Shown: one piece after another, positions 9,028 through 18,763 of the stretch
Layout: the number at the start of each line of letters is the position of its first letter
How positions within the stretch are numbered: the stretch's first letter is position 1
DNA from: Promethearchaeota archaeon
GTDB lineage: Archaea > Asgardarchaeota > Lokiarchaeia > Sigyniarchaeales > SOKP01
Length of the DNA: 32,909 nt
Direction of reading: 5' to 3'
NCBI GenBank assembly: GCA_048938445.1
Contig: JBHLME010000047.1
Location: forward strand, 1 to 32,909
Made by a program: the position numbers and the translations under genes
Notes under the pieces: generated by a model
Told to the model about the DNA's origin: nothing
Seen by the model: only the letters and a program-made list of their open reading frames with translations
Databases searched by the model: none

Positions 9028-10075
9028 TGTTAATAGATTATTACAAGTAATAAAAGAAGGTAAAGCAGATTGGTCTGACTATGAAGAATTTCTTGCAATA
9101 GATAATAAAGATTTAGAACCATTTCTACTCTATGCAAAAAATATTACCCTTCAGAATTTTCAAAATAATCTTAAAATCTATATCCCAAATAAAAGATTCC
9201 CGGCCATAAGTGTTACGGGAGGCGAATGTGCATTAGAATGTACTCACTGTGATAAAAAATATTTGAATGGAATGGAGCCTATATTGAATAATGATGATTT
9301 AAAGAAGTATTTATTAGATCTTTCAGAAAATGGCGGGACAGGTGTTTTACTTTCTGGAGGATGTGACTCAGATGGATCAGTTCCGTTATTAAATTACTTG
9401 GATACTATTAAAGAAGTAAAAAAGAAAACAAATCTGATTATCAATACTCATACTGGTTTATTAAACGAGCTTACTGCAAAAAAATTAGCTGAAGTTAACG
9501 TCGATATAATTTCTTTTGATATCAACATGGATGATAAAATAATTAAAGATATATATCATTTAGATAAAGATTTGAGCGATTATGAGCGAGCAATTGATTT
9601 ATTAAAGAAATACAAGTTAAATATTGTACCACATATATGCATAGGATTATTTTATGGAGAACTCCACAAAGAATTAGAATCAATTAGATTTATTAGAGAG
9701 AAAGATATAAATCCTTCTTTGATTGTTCTAATTGCTTTAATCCCTCCAAAAAATTCTAAAATACTTTTTAAAAGGCCATCCCCAGAAGATATTGCAAAAG
9801 TTATTGCTACAATCAGGTTCATTTTTCCTACTACAGAAATTTCTTTAGGATGCATGAGACCTCGAGGAGAAATTAAGGTTGATTTAGAGAAATATGCAAT
9901 CAAAGCGGGTATCACGAGACTTGAAATCCCTTCAAAAACAACATTAACATGGCTGAAAAAGGTAAATCCAGAAATTAACCTCAAATTTTATTCTGCGTGT
10001 TGTGCAATTCCAAAAGAATTTGATGATATTACTGAATCTAAGAACTCAGATATTAGAGGATATCTAAGTATATAA
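9020..10075 (+). CDS. lipS1: Radical SAM lipoyl synthase subunit LipS1
   Basis: CALECTHC radical SAM motif, GCMRP and C-terminal ACC, matching the GC(M/A)R and CC LipS1 signatures. Confidence 0.82.
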   Translation: MIDVNRLLQVIKEGKADWSDYEEFLAIDNKDLEPFLLYAKNITLQNFQNNLKIYIPNKRFPAISVTGGECALECTHCDKKYLNGMEPILNNDDLKKYLLDLSENGGTGVLLSGGCDSDGSVPLLNYLDTIKEVKKKTNLIINTHTGLLNELTAKKLAEVNVDIISFDINMDDKIIKDIYHLDKDLSDYERAIDLLKKYKLNIVPHICIGLFYGELHKELESIRFIREKDINPSLIVLIALIPPKNSKILFKRPSPEDIAKVIATIRFIFPTTEISLGCMRPRGEIKVDLEKYAIKAGITRLEIPSKTTLTWLKKVNPEINLKFYSACCAIPKEFDDITESKNSDIRGYLSI

Positions 10076-10113
10076 ATTAGATTAACTTTAACTGTTAATT
10101 TTACAATATAATT

Positions 10114-11520
10114 ATGATGAAAAATAAAATAGAAATTATTGGTCTTCAAGGGATACCTTTAATAAATCCCGGCGATAACATTCCAAAAATAATATTAGAA
10201 GCAGTAGAACATAATAATATTCAATTAAAGAATGGAGATATTATCTTAATTGCTCAGACAATAATTTCTAAGAGTAATGGAAGATTAAGGAGTTTAAAAG
10301 ATATTAAACCAAGCGAGAAAGCTATTTCTATTTATAATACTATGACACCAAAAGCAAGAAGCAAAAATGTCCCAATTAAAACCCCAGAACACATTCAAGC
10401 AATATTAGATGAATCAAAAGAAGTATTGAAAATAGAACATGTCTTGATTACAGAAACAAAACAAGGATTTGTATGTGCTAATGCAGGAATAGATAAATCA
10501 AATATAGAAGGAGAAGATAATATCAGTCTACTCCCAGAAAATTCAGATTTGGATGCAAAAAATATAAAGGATGCTATTAAAAAAACAATTGATAAAGATA
10601 TCGCAGTAATTATTACTGATTCTTTTGGAAGACCTTTTAGGGAGGGTGCAATTGGGGTTGCTTTGGGGATTTCTGGTATAAATGCAATCATAGATAAACG
10701 CGGAGCCTATGATCTTTTCGGACACGAATTACAAAGTACGATTATAGGACAAGTCGATAATCTTGCATCAGCAGCACAATTAATCATGGGTGAAGCAGAT
10801 GAAGGTATTCCCATCGTTTTAATAAGGGGATATGAGTTTGAATTCGTAGAGGATGCTTCAATTAAGTCCATTATAAGAGATAAAAACATAGATTTATTTA
10901 GAATCAAGGAATCCTATATAAATTTGATCGATATTTTAAAAAAACGACGGAGTTATAAATTTGAATTTAGCTCTAAAAATGTTGATAAAAATATTATTAT
11001 GGAATGTATCGAAATCGCGAGATGGGCTCCCAGCGCACATAATGCTCAATTCTGGAGATATATAATTTTAGACAAGAATAATATACGATCTGATTTAATA
11101 AATAGAATGAATGAAAAATTGAGAGTTGATTTGAGAAATGACAACAGGAAGGAAGCATTTATTGAAAAGAAGATAAAAAAAACACGAAAACAGTTTTTAC
11201 AAGCACCATATCTAATATTATCCTGTATTGATACAATAGATTTGGAAGAATATTCAGATAAGGAAAGGATTGAAAGTGAGTTTTTATTAGGTGTTCAAAG
11301 TGTAAGTTCCTCTCTTACTTATTTACTTTTAGCGTTAGAATTTAAGGGATTAGCTTCTTGTTGGTATTGTGCACCATTATTTTCAAAAGACATTGTAAAA
11401 AGCACATTAAATTTACCAAAAAAATATGTTCCAATGGCCTTTATCACTGTAGGTTATCCCTTGAAGGAACCTAAAGTTCCAGTTAGAAGAAAATTATCAG
11501 AAATAATATTTAATATTTAA
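10114..11520 (+). CDS. cofE: F420-0:gamma-glutamyl ligase fused to a C-terminal nitroreductase domain (FbiB architecture)
   Basis: N-terminal CofE motifs CANAGIDKSN, TDSFGRPFREG and MGEADEGIP, ending at DLFR. C-terminal nitroreductase motifs KRRSYK, WAPSAHNAQFW and GLASCW. Confidence 0.9.
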   Translation: MMKNKIEIIGLQGIPLINPGDNIPKIILEAVEHNNIQLKNGDIILIAQTIISKSNGRLRSLKDIKPSEKAISIYNTMTPKARSKNVPIKTPEHIQAILDESKEVLKIEHVLITETKQGFVCANAGIDKSNIEGEDNISLLPENSDLDAKNIKDAIKKTIDKDIAVIITDSFGRPFREGAIGVALGISGINAIIDKRGAYDLFGHELQSTIIGQVDNLASAAQLIMGEADEGIPIVLIRGYEFEFVEDASIKSIIRDKNIDLFRIKESYINLIDILKKRRSYKFEFSSKNVDKNIIMECIEIARWAPSAHNAQFWRYIILDKNNIRSDLINRMNEKLRVDLRNDNRKEAFIEKKIKKTRKQFLQAPYLILSCIDTIDLEEYSDKERIESEFLLGVQSVSSSLTYLLLALEFKGLASCWYCAPLFSKDIVKSTLNLPKKYVPMAFITVGYPLKEPKVPVRRKLSEIIFNI

Positions 11521-11542
11521 AAAGTATGGAGAAAAAATAAGA

Positions 11543-12478
11543 ATGACTGATAAATTTTATTTATTGCTAGCTGGAGGTGTCGGAGCTGCTAAATTTATTG
11601 AGGGTTTGGCAAGCATTGTAGATCAAAATTTATTAAAGATAATTGTCAATACTGGAGATGATATTGAATTATTTGGACTTAAAATTTGTCCTGATTTGGA
11701 TATAATAACATATACTTTAGCAGGATTAATTGATAAGGAAAAAGGTTGGGGTTTTAAAGATGAGACTTTCAATTGTTTGAGTGTTTTAAAGAAATATTAT
11801 AATACAGAGTGGTTTAATGCAGGAGACAAAGATTTAGCAACTCATATTTATCGTACTAATCTGTTTAATCAAGGATATAAAAAAGATGAAATAACTAATA
11901 TAATTACTGAAAAATTAGGTGTGAAAGCCCAAATCATACCAATGTGTAATGAACCTTTTGAAACATATATTAAAACGCGTGAAAAAATAATGCATTTCGA
12001 AGAATACTACATCAAAGAACATTGTGAGCCAGATGTTCTTGATGTTGACTTTAAAGGTGTTGAGAATGCAAAAGCCACTAAAGATATATTAACTTATATA
12101 AAAAATGCTGAGAGAATTGTCATTTGTCCTTCAAATCCAATTGTATCCATAGGTACTATTCTTCAGGTTCAAGGGATTAAGGATGCTCTTGTTAAAGTAA
12201 AGAATAAAGTAATTGGAATAAGCCCAATAATACAAGGAGCAACCGTTAAAGGTCCTGCGGATAAATTAATGAAGTGTTTTAATTTGGATGTATCGTGTGT
12301 TGGTGTTTCTCATTATTTTAAAGATATTTTAGGTCATTTCATAATTGATGAAAGGGATACCAGTTTAAAATCTGAAGTAGAAAAAATTGGCATACATACT
12401 TACTGTTTTGATACATTGATGATAAATCAAAAGAAAAAAGAAGATTTGGCTCAATTTGTAATTGAACTCCAATTATAG
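11543..12478 (+). CDS. cofD: 2-phospho-L-lactate/phosphoenolpyruvate transferase (CofD/FbiA)
   Basis: LAGGVGAAKF, VNTGDD, CPDLD, GDKDLATH, HFEEY and PSNPIVSI motifs; directly downstream of cofE. Confidence 0.93.
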   Translation: MTDKFYLLLAGGVGAAKFIEGLASIVDQNLLKIIVNTGDDIELFGLKICPDLDIITYTLAGLIDKEKGWGFKDETFNCLSVLKKYYNTEWFNAGDKDLATHIYRTNLFNQGYKKDEITNIITEKLGVKAQIIPMCNEPFETYIKTREKIMHFEEYYIKEHCEPDVLDVDFKGVENAKATKDILTYIKNAERIVICPSNPIVSIGTILQVQGIKDALVKVKNKVIGISPIIQGATVKGPADKLMKCFNLDVSCVGVSHYFKDILGHFIIDERDTSLKSEVEKIGIHTYCFDTLMINQKKKEDLAQFVIELQL

Positions 12479-12484
12479 GTCAAA

Positions 12485-13975
12485 TCAGGTAGTTTCTGGA
12501 GTGGGTTCTGAAGTAAGAGTGGGTTCCTTATCCTCTTTACTTTTTTTATCATCTTTAGTTTCTTCCTCTTCGATTTTAACATAATCTCCAACAGAAGTAA
12601 TGATTGATTTAATTTGTCCTTCTTGTTTAAGACGAATCATTAAATTCCTATGTTTAATATAGGAAATAACAAAAGATATCACAGGAAAGGTCAACATTAT
12701 AGGTAATAATAATATAATAATGGATTCTGGAGAATACACTGCAACGCTCTCTGTGATTGCAGGAGGCATGTTAAATAAATTTACGAAAAACCAGTTTGGA
12801 TGAATAATTATGAAACTAATAATTATTAAAATTATAAATCGAATTGAAAAGTTTAAAATAGTAGATGTAGCTAAGTGAGTTGCTCTTGGAGCTGCTGATT
12901 TTGCGGTTAAAGTGTTTTCTGCTTCTGGATCTTCTCGAAAAAGTCGTTCTAAAAAGCTTCCAAGTCTTCTCGTTTTAGATGCTGCCGTAACTAATTTTTT
13001 TTCTTCTGCTTCCAATTTTTTCTTTTCAATCATTTCTTTTACATATGAAAAACCTGTACCAGTTTTAGCCAGGAATTTACCTACTGATTCCTTTTTTAAT
13101 TCCAATTCTTGTTTTCTTTTTTTAGCTTCTTCCTTAATTTTATCAACATTTGCAACTACATGAATAGATTCTCTCTTTATAATACTCAATTGTGCTTCTA
13201 ATCTATCACTTCGTTCTAGGGATGGTTTAGTGACCAAATCAGTATAATTTATTTGGAATGCAAGTTCTAAATACATGTAACTCGAGATAGCTAGAGCTGC
13301 AGTAGCACTTACAAAAAAAAGAATAAGATTATCTATGGGTAAATGAGTTATTGAAGCATCAACGGGATCGGGTAAAGATTCTAAAATTGGTACTGATATT
13401 CCACTATTTTCTAATAAATCCATGACTCCAAATAAATCTAACATATCTTGTAATCCAAAGATCATTACAGGAATAATTATCATCATCATCAGACTCCCAA
13501 TTGATCGAAGGTTATATTTAGGGTTGCTTTTTATTACAGCTCGAATAGCATAATAAATAGCAATTACAAAAAATACTTGAAACACTATTAAATATCCATT
13601 ACTAGCAAAAATTTGTAACTCCTCCAATATTTCAAACCATAATTCAAAAATATCACTAGGAGGATTTCCTGTTGGGGTTGCAAATGAGAACCAAGATTTA
13701 AAAAGAGATTTAAAAAATTTATCTAATGGACCTAAAACAGAATAAAATCCAAAACTAATTGCAAGTATTATAATAAATACAAAAAAATAAAGAACAGAAA
13801 AGATCACATATGTAAGTAGATTTCTTATTCCAATGATGAAAGCGAATATTGCAGGTTCTCCAGTGTCTGAATAGAGAATCATATCATAATGAAAGATTTG
13901 AAAAAACCAAAATAAAACTAAAACAAAGACTAAACCATTGACAATTCTTAATATTAATAAATATCTTCTTGCCAT
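12485..13975 (-). CDS. Polytopic membrane protein of unknown function (last gene of the MoxR operon)
   Basis: About 7 hydrophobic segments, a long Lys/Glu-rich helical loop (~aa 245-370) and a charged tail. Starts 3 nt after the DUF58 stop. Confidence 0.8.
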   Translation of the reverse strand: MARRYLLILRIVNGLVFVLVLFWFFQIFHYDMILYSDTGEPAIFAFIIGIRNLLTYVIFSVLYFFVFIIILAISFGFYSVLGPLDKFFKSLFKSWFSFATPTGNPPSDIFELWFEILEELQIFASNGYLIVFQVFFVIAIYYAIRAVIKSNPKYNLRSIGSLMMMIIIPVMIFGLQDMLDLFGVMDLLENSGISVPILESLPDPVDASITHLPIDNLILFFVSATAALAISSYMYLELAFQINYTDLVTKPSLERSDRLEAQLSIIKRESIHVVANVDKIKEEAKKRKQELELKKESVGKFLAKTGTGFSYVKEMIEKKKLEAEEKKLVTAASKTRRLGSFLERLFREDPEAENTLTAKSAAPRATHLATSTILNFSIRFIILIIISFIIIHPNWFFVNLFNMPPAITESVAVYSPESIIILLLPIMLTFPVISFVISYIKHRNLMIRLKQEGQIKSIITSVGDYVKIEEEETKDDKKSKEDKEPTLTSEPTPETT

Positions 13976-13978
13976 AAT

Positions 13979-15307
13979 TTAATACGCCTTTCCTTTTTTC
14001 TTAGCTTCCATATAATTTGCTAATACTTGATTTAATATATCATCTGGTCCGCAAGTAATGAGATTTATTCCCATTTTCCGGATATCTTGCTTAATCGTCA
14101 AAATATGTTCCATCATTTCTTCACTAATCGCCTCAGCGAGAGCTTTATCTGTTGATGATAAATCCATTTCATGAATTTCAAACCATGGTGAAAATGGGTT
14201 AATAACAATTACTGTATGATTAAATGGTATCAATTTTTTAATACCTTCAATTACTTCTTTAGAGTTTCCTTCTAAATCAGATATGATAAATATTAAACTA
14301 CGTTTTTGAAAGCGTTTTGTGAAATTATCCATTGCTTCAACCATTTTACATTTACCCTGGGGTTTAATTCGAGCAATAAAGTCTAATACCGTATAAAAAT
14401 GATCATCTCCTCTATTTGGTTTTAAAAAATGCACGTTCTTTTTATCAGAAAATGTGAAAACACCAACATTATCCCTGCGAGTTAATGATACTTTTGTTAA
14501 TAACATGCATGCTCGAATGGCATATTCAAATTTTGTATTTTCAATTGCACCACCAGCCATTGTATTTGAAGTGTCAACCATGACCATTACAGTAATATCT
14601 CTCTCAGTTTCATGCTCTTTAACGATGAGTTTTTGTTGACGTACACTAGCTTTCCAATCTATTAATCTGAATTGATCTCCAAAAACATATTTTCTCATAC
14701 CATAAAATTCAGAACCCGTTCCTTTTTGTTTTGATCTCTGAGTACCATAATTTAATTGTAATGATCGTTTAGAACCAAGGATTTCTATCCTTTTTATATC
14801 ATCATATGGTGGATATATTAAGATATCTGTAACACTATTTGGAACAATACGCTCGACAGAATTAAATCCTAATCTATCTTTTATTGTCAAGGATAAAGGT
14901 CCTAATGGATACTCCCCCCTGACTTTTGGTTCGAGAACGTATGAAAATTTTATTGTTCCTTTTGCTCCAATTCTGGTGGAAATAAAATTCTCACCTAATA
15001 TTAACCTGAAGATTTCTGGATTATAATAATCTCTAATTTCCAAAAAATCAAAATTATGCTTTCCCGTATTCTCAATAACAACTTTAACATGAAGAAAATC
15101 ATCCCTAAAGACTTTTTCTTTATCAAGTTCCCTGTGAACCTTTAATTCTTCTACATTCATATGTAAAGCAAAGAAAGGCAAGCTAATGATCGTACTGAAC
15201 AAGAGGATTATTGCAAAATAAATTAAGAAATAATTTACAAATGCAAATCCAGCACATAGAAAAAATGCTGCAAATAATAATAGGGTTCTACCTTTTCCAC
15301 CAAATAT
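13979..15307 (-). CDS. DUF58 / vWA-domain protein with N-terminal transmembrane hairpin
   Basis: GSEFYGMRKYVFGDQFRLIDWKAS, VKEHE, MIDAS-like VDTSNTM and IISD. The frame is open upstream of the track's TTG 15202 to a stop at 15353-15355. Proposed start is ATA 15307 behind SD GGTG; the start is uncertain. Confidence 0.85.
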   Translation of the reverse strand: MFGGKGRTLLLFAAFFLCAGFAFVNYFLIYFAIILLFSTIISLPFFALHMNVEELKVHRELDKEKVFRDDFLHVKVVIENTGKHNFDFLEIRDYYNPEIFRLILGENFISTRIGAKGTIKFSYVLEPKVRGEYPLGPLSLTIKDRLGFNSVERIVPNSVTDILIYPPYDDIKRIEILGSKRSLQLNYGTQRSKQKGTGSEFYGMRKYVFGDQFRLIDWKASVRQQKLIVKEHETERDITVMVMVDTSNTMAGGAIENTKFEYAIRACMLLTKVSLTRRDNVGVFTFSDKKNVHFLKPNRGDDHFYTVLDFIARIKPQGKCKMVEAMDNFTKRFQKRSLIFIISDLEGNSKEVIEGIKKLIPFNHTVIVINPFSPWFEIHEMDLSSTDKALAEAISEEMMEHILTIKQDIRKMGINLITCGPDDILNQVLANYMEAKKKGKAY

Positions 15308-15372
15308 GCTAATCCACCATTTATTTTCCTTTTTTTTAATTATATATCCGACTTAAAATAAAAAAAATTATT

Positions 15373-16350
15373 TTAAATTGGTATGGGTATCTCTTCGAGA
15401 ATACTTTTAACAACGGATTTGACATCTAAACCTTCTAGCTCTGCTTCGGGCTTTAATAAGATTCTATGATTTAATGCTGGTAGAGTTAATGATCTCACAT
15501 CATCAGGTGTTACGTATATTCGTCCCAAGATTGCTGCCCTCGCTTTGGCACACTTCATCAATACCAAGCTAGCTCTAGGACCGCATCCAAGTGCTATTTG
15601 AGGGTGATTTCTTGTTTTTAAAATAATATCACGTATGTATTTTAGTATTCTGTCATCAATATACACCATGTTCATCAATTTTTGAGCTGCAAGGAGCTCC
15701 TCTCCACTTGTTATAATATCCACGGATGGTGAGTCTCCCGTTAACTGTCTCCTTAATATTTCTACTTCTTCTTGGTGTTCTGGGTAATCTAACCAGAGTT
15801 TAAATAGAAATCTATCTACTTGTGCTTCGGGTAAAGGATAAGTTCCTTCCATTTCCACTGGATTTTCCGTGGCTATTACCATAAAAGGTTTCTCTAATTC
15901 TAAAGTTTGACCTTCTATAGTTACCTGACGCTCTGCCATAGCTTCAAGAAGTGCTGCCTGAGTTTTTGGTGCGCTTCTATTAATTTCATCTGCAAGAACA
16001 ACATTGGCGAATATTGGGCCTTTCTGCAATACAAATGCACCCTCAGATTGATCAAAGATTTTTGTTCCAGTTATATCTGCTGGTAATAAATCTGGTGTAA
16101 ATTGGACTCTTCGAAAAGATATTCCTAAGACGTTTGCAAATGTCTTTGCCATCACAGTTTTGCCTAATCCAGGTACACCTTCAAGCAAAACATGCCCATT
16201 AACAAGGAGAGCAACAAAAAGGTGTTGTAAAATTTCACCATTACCTACTATAACCCTAGATACTTCTGAAAGAACATCTTGAGCAATTTCTCTAATAGGT
16301 GTTACATCAATTTCATTTTTTTCTTCTCGAGATTCTGCTTTTTCTGCCAT
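15373..16350 (-). CDS. moxR: MoxR-family AAA+ ATPase
   Basis: GHVLLEGVPGLGKT (Walker A), RVQFTPDLLPADITG, LADEINR (Walker B), EGTYPLPEAQVDRF. SD GGAGTGA upstream. Confidence 0.95.
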   Translation of the reverse strand: MAEKAESREEKNEIDVTPIREIAQDVLSEVSRVIVGNGEILQHLFVALLVNGHVLLEGVPGLGKTVMAKTFANVLGISFRRVQFTPDLLPADITGTKIFDQSEGAFVLQKGPIFANVVLADEINRSAPKTQAALLEAMAERQVTIEGQTLELEKPFMVIATENPVEMEGTYPLPEAQVDRFLFKLWLDYPEHQEEVEILRRQLTGDSPSVDIITSGEELLAAQKLMNMVYIDDRILKYIRDIILKTRNHPQIALGCGPRASLVLMKCAKARAAILGRIYVTPDDVRSLTLPALNHRILLKPEAELEGLDVKSVVKSILEEIPIPI

Positions 16351-16416
16351 ATTTTTTCACTCCATTTTTATTATTAATTTCTTTTTAATTTTTTTTAATA
16401 AATTTTTATGATAAAC

Positions 16417-18258
16417 TTAAATATTTTTCATTGCCCAAGACATTTCTAGGAATAAATTCTCGAATTCTTGGGGTGATTTTACTCTACTCTTTCCTGCTTT
16501 TATAACCAACATCCTATCCATTAATTTAGTTAATCTTCTAATTTTTTGACGATTAACCTTACCACCACTTTCTTTAGCCACAACCAAGTCTATGACATTT
16601 TTAGTGGTAATTTTCATTCCTCCTAATTGAGCATTTAACTTACGTTCCATTCTTCTAAAAAGTAATGTCAACGCCTTTTCATATCTATTTTTTTCCTTAT
16701 ACCATTCAATTTTTTGAGCAAAAAATGATGAAGTTCTAAATTTTTCTTGCTCCTCTTTTTCTTCTGCTTCCTCAATTTTTTTCTTTTCCTCGTCTTTATC
16801 TTTTTTAGGAAGATATTTTCTAAGCGTATAAAATGCCCATAAAGGATATATCCATGCTGTTATGGGATTTGTTGATAAATGAATTATATATTGCATGATA
16901 AATCCAAAAATTCCTGCGGAAGATAAATCCCTTGAATATTCGGGTCTAATATGAGCTTCATCAAATACAATTATCCAATCATTAGGATTATCAATTCCAT
17001 TATAAGTTAACCAATTAATTATATTAATTCCAAATTGCTTGTTATCATAATCCGTTTCTCTCATCAAATGGTTTGCAAACATGCTAGCATCAGAAGTAAG
17101 AAATATACGATTATTGCTCAATTCCTTTGCAAGAAATACCACAGGGTCAAACCCGCCCCCACCAAGTGGGAATCTTTCTAAAAAACTAGTATCAAATTCT
17201 CCTCCAAATAGTGCTCCTAAAACAGGTCCTAAATAAGACAAGTCAATATAATCATCAGCAGGAACTGTGCTATTTGGTAATGTTTTAAACTGTTTATCTC
17301 CGTTTTTATCAACCCAGCTGTAAAATGGAGTAGTTTCTCCAATTACATCCCAACCCAGTGCTTCATAAAGAAATTTACCTCCTACTGCAGCTGTTGCTTG
17401 AGATAGAATAACTTCATATATCCCGGTTGTTGTAGGATGGCTTTCAGTTATTTGCACGATTGGATATGTAGGATCTACTAATCCAGCACCATTATCCAAG
17501 CATGAAGCATTATCTCTTAAGAGTCCATCCGCAAAAATTGCTAAAGGAAAAATTTCTGGATTAGGATCACTCAAAATGTTCCTAAAACTTGCTAATAAGA
17601 TTTCATATAGCAATAGATATGTAGAACCGTGGTCATGACATATTAATAGAGAATTTTTATGGTCTTCATTTCCTAAAAAATCTATAAAAAAAGGAATTTC
17701 AAAAATTGGATCATAAAATTGATTTGTTCCAAATAAAACCAGACAAACAGATTTATCTAACCGATTTATAGCACTTAAACTGGACTGAACACTCATGACT
17801 TCATACCCTTGCTCCTCAATTGCAGCCTTGAAATCCGAACCTCCATTCCAATCAGGATTATATATAGAAAAATAATGATCATTTTCCCCACTGTCAATAG
17901 CGGTTGATAATAATGGGACAAAAGCAAATATAAAAATAATGAGAAATAAAGCCCTTCGATATAAAGATCCCGTCTTAGCCTTACGAGATCTTGTTTCTCT
18001 TGATTTCTGAACTGTTACGTTTCTCAAGAAAAAAATGAACATTAGTCCTAGAAATAAAGCACCAATATAACAGACAAAGGGGATATAGGATAAAACATTA
18101 ACAGGTATGAGCCCGGGATTGTCATATAGAAATGTATTGATAAAACCTGAAATAATAACACCAAAAATGACTAAATATATACTAAAAAACAAAAATAATA
18201 ATCCCTTTGAAATATTTACACTCAATAGTGAGGACTTTCCTGTTCCTAATTTAGCCAT
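16417..18258 (-). CDS. DUF4350-like membrane-anchored protein
   Basis: Three N-terminal TM segments; SIYNPDWNGGSDF, SDASMFAN..DNKQF and IVFDEAH motifs typical of DUF4350/GldG-like proteins in MoxR loci; further TM segment and basic helical C-terminal domain. Confidence 0.7.
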   Translation of the reverse strand: MAKLGTGKSSLLSVNISKGLLFLFFSIYLVIFGVIISGFINTFLYDNPGLIPVNVLSYIPFVCYIGALFLGLMFIFFLRNVTVQKSRETRSRKAKTGSLYRRALFLIIFIFAFVPLLSTAIDSGENDHYFSIYNPDWNGGSDFKAAIEEQGYEVMSVQSSLSAINRLDKSVCLVLFGTNQFYDPIFEIPFFIDFLGNEDHKNSLLICHDHGSTYLLLYEILLASFRNILSDPNPEIFPLAIFADGLLRDNASCLDNGAGLVDPTYPIVQITESHPTTTGIYEVILSQATAAVGGKFLYEALGWDVIGETTPFYSWVDKNGDKQFKTLPNSTVPADDYIDLSYLGPVLGALFGGEFDTSFLERFPLGGGGFDPVVFLAKELSNNRIFLTSDASMFANHLMRETDYDNKQFGINIINWLTYNGIDNPNDWIIVFDEAHIRPEYSRDLSSAGIFGFIMQYIIHLSTNPITAWIYPLWAFYTLRKYLPKKDKDEEKKKIEEAEEKEEQEKFRTSSFFAQKIEWYKEKNRYEKALTLLFRRMERKLNAQLGGMKITTKNVIDLVVAKESGGKVNRQKIRRLTKLMDRMLVIKAGKSRVKSPQEFENLFLEMSWAMKNI

Positions 18259-18300
18259 TTTTTTTCTTTTAATTTTTTTATTTTATTTATATAATTCATA

Positions 18301-18687
18301 CTATAAACTAAAGGAAAAAGACTTACCAGTTATTTCTTTATGTAAGGTCGAAAATAATTGAATCGTTGATTCAAATTCCTTCGGAGTTGGTTCAACACCA
18401 CCATATATGATAGATTCGATTTTTGAAACGAATGGATACACCGATTGGGGTTTTTGTTCTAATTCATTCACACATGTAATAGCATATTCCCTGATTGTTT
18501 GAAAAATTTCTCTCGGTTTTTTATGTTTTTTATCAACGAGATCACAATATGTAAGATATATATAAGCAATAGCTTCTTTTGGGCGCGATGTTTTAACTAA
18601 GATTTTTACATTTTGAAATCTTTCTTTTGCATTATATTCTGGTTCTTGCTTCTTTTTCTTTTTACTACCACCAACTTTTTTTGCCAT
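18301..18687 (-). CDS. Small soluble DUF4129-like helical protein
   Basis: QTIREYA...IESIIYG motif; clearly homologous to the C-terminal domain of the upstream 536-aa protein; poly-Lys N-terminus. Confidence 0.7.
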   Translation of the reverse strand: MAKKVGGSKKKKKQEPEYNAKERFQNVKILVKTSRPKEAIAYIYLTYCDLVDKKHKKPREIFQTIREYAITCVNELEQKPQSVYPFVSKIESIIYGGVEPTPKEFESTIQLFSTLHKEITGKSFSFSL

Positions 18688-18763
18688 ATTTTTTTACCTT
18701 TTTTTTTTAATTTATAATTTTTTTCACATTTATAATATTTTTGATTAATTTGCTTACTTTTTT

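Noticed and set aside
791-10075. sHdr-LbpA sulfur-oxidation system (hdrC plus lipS1/lipS2/ligase)
   Set aside because: hdrC is 6 kb from the lip genes with unrelated genes in between, and no hdrA/hdrB, lbpA, tusA or dsrE is present.
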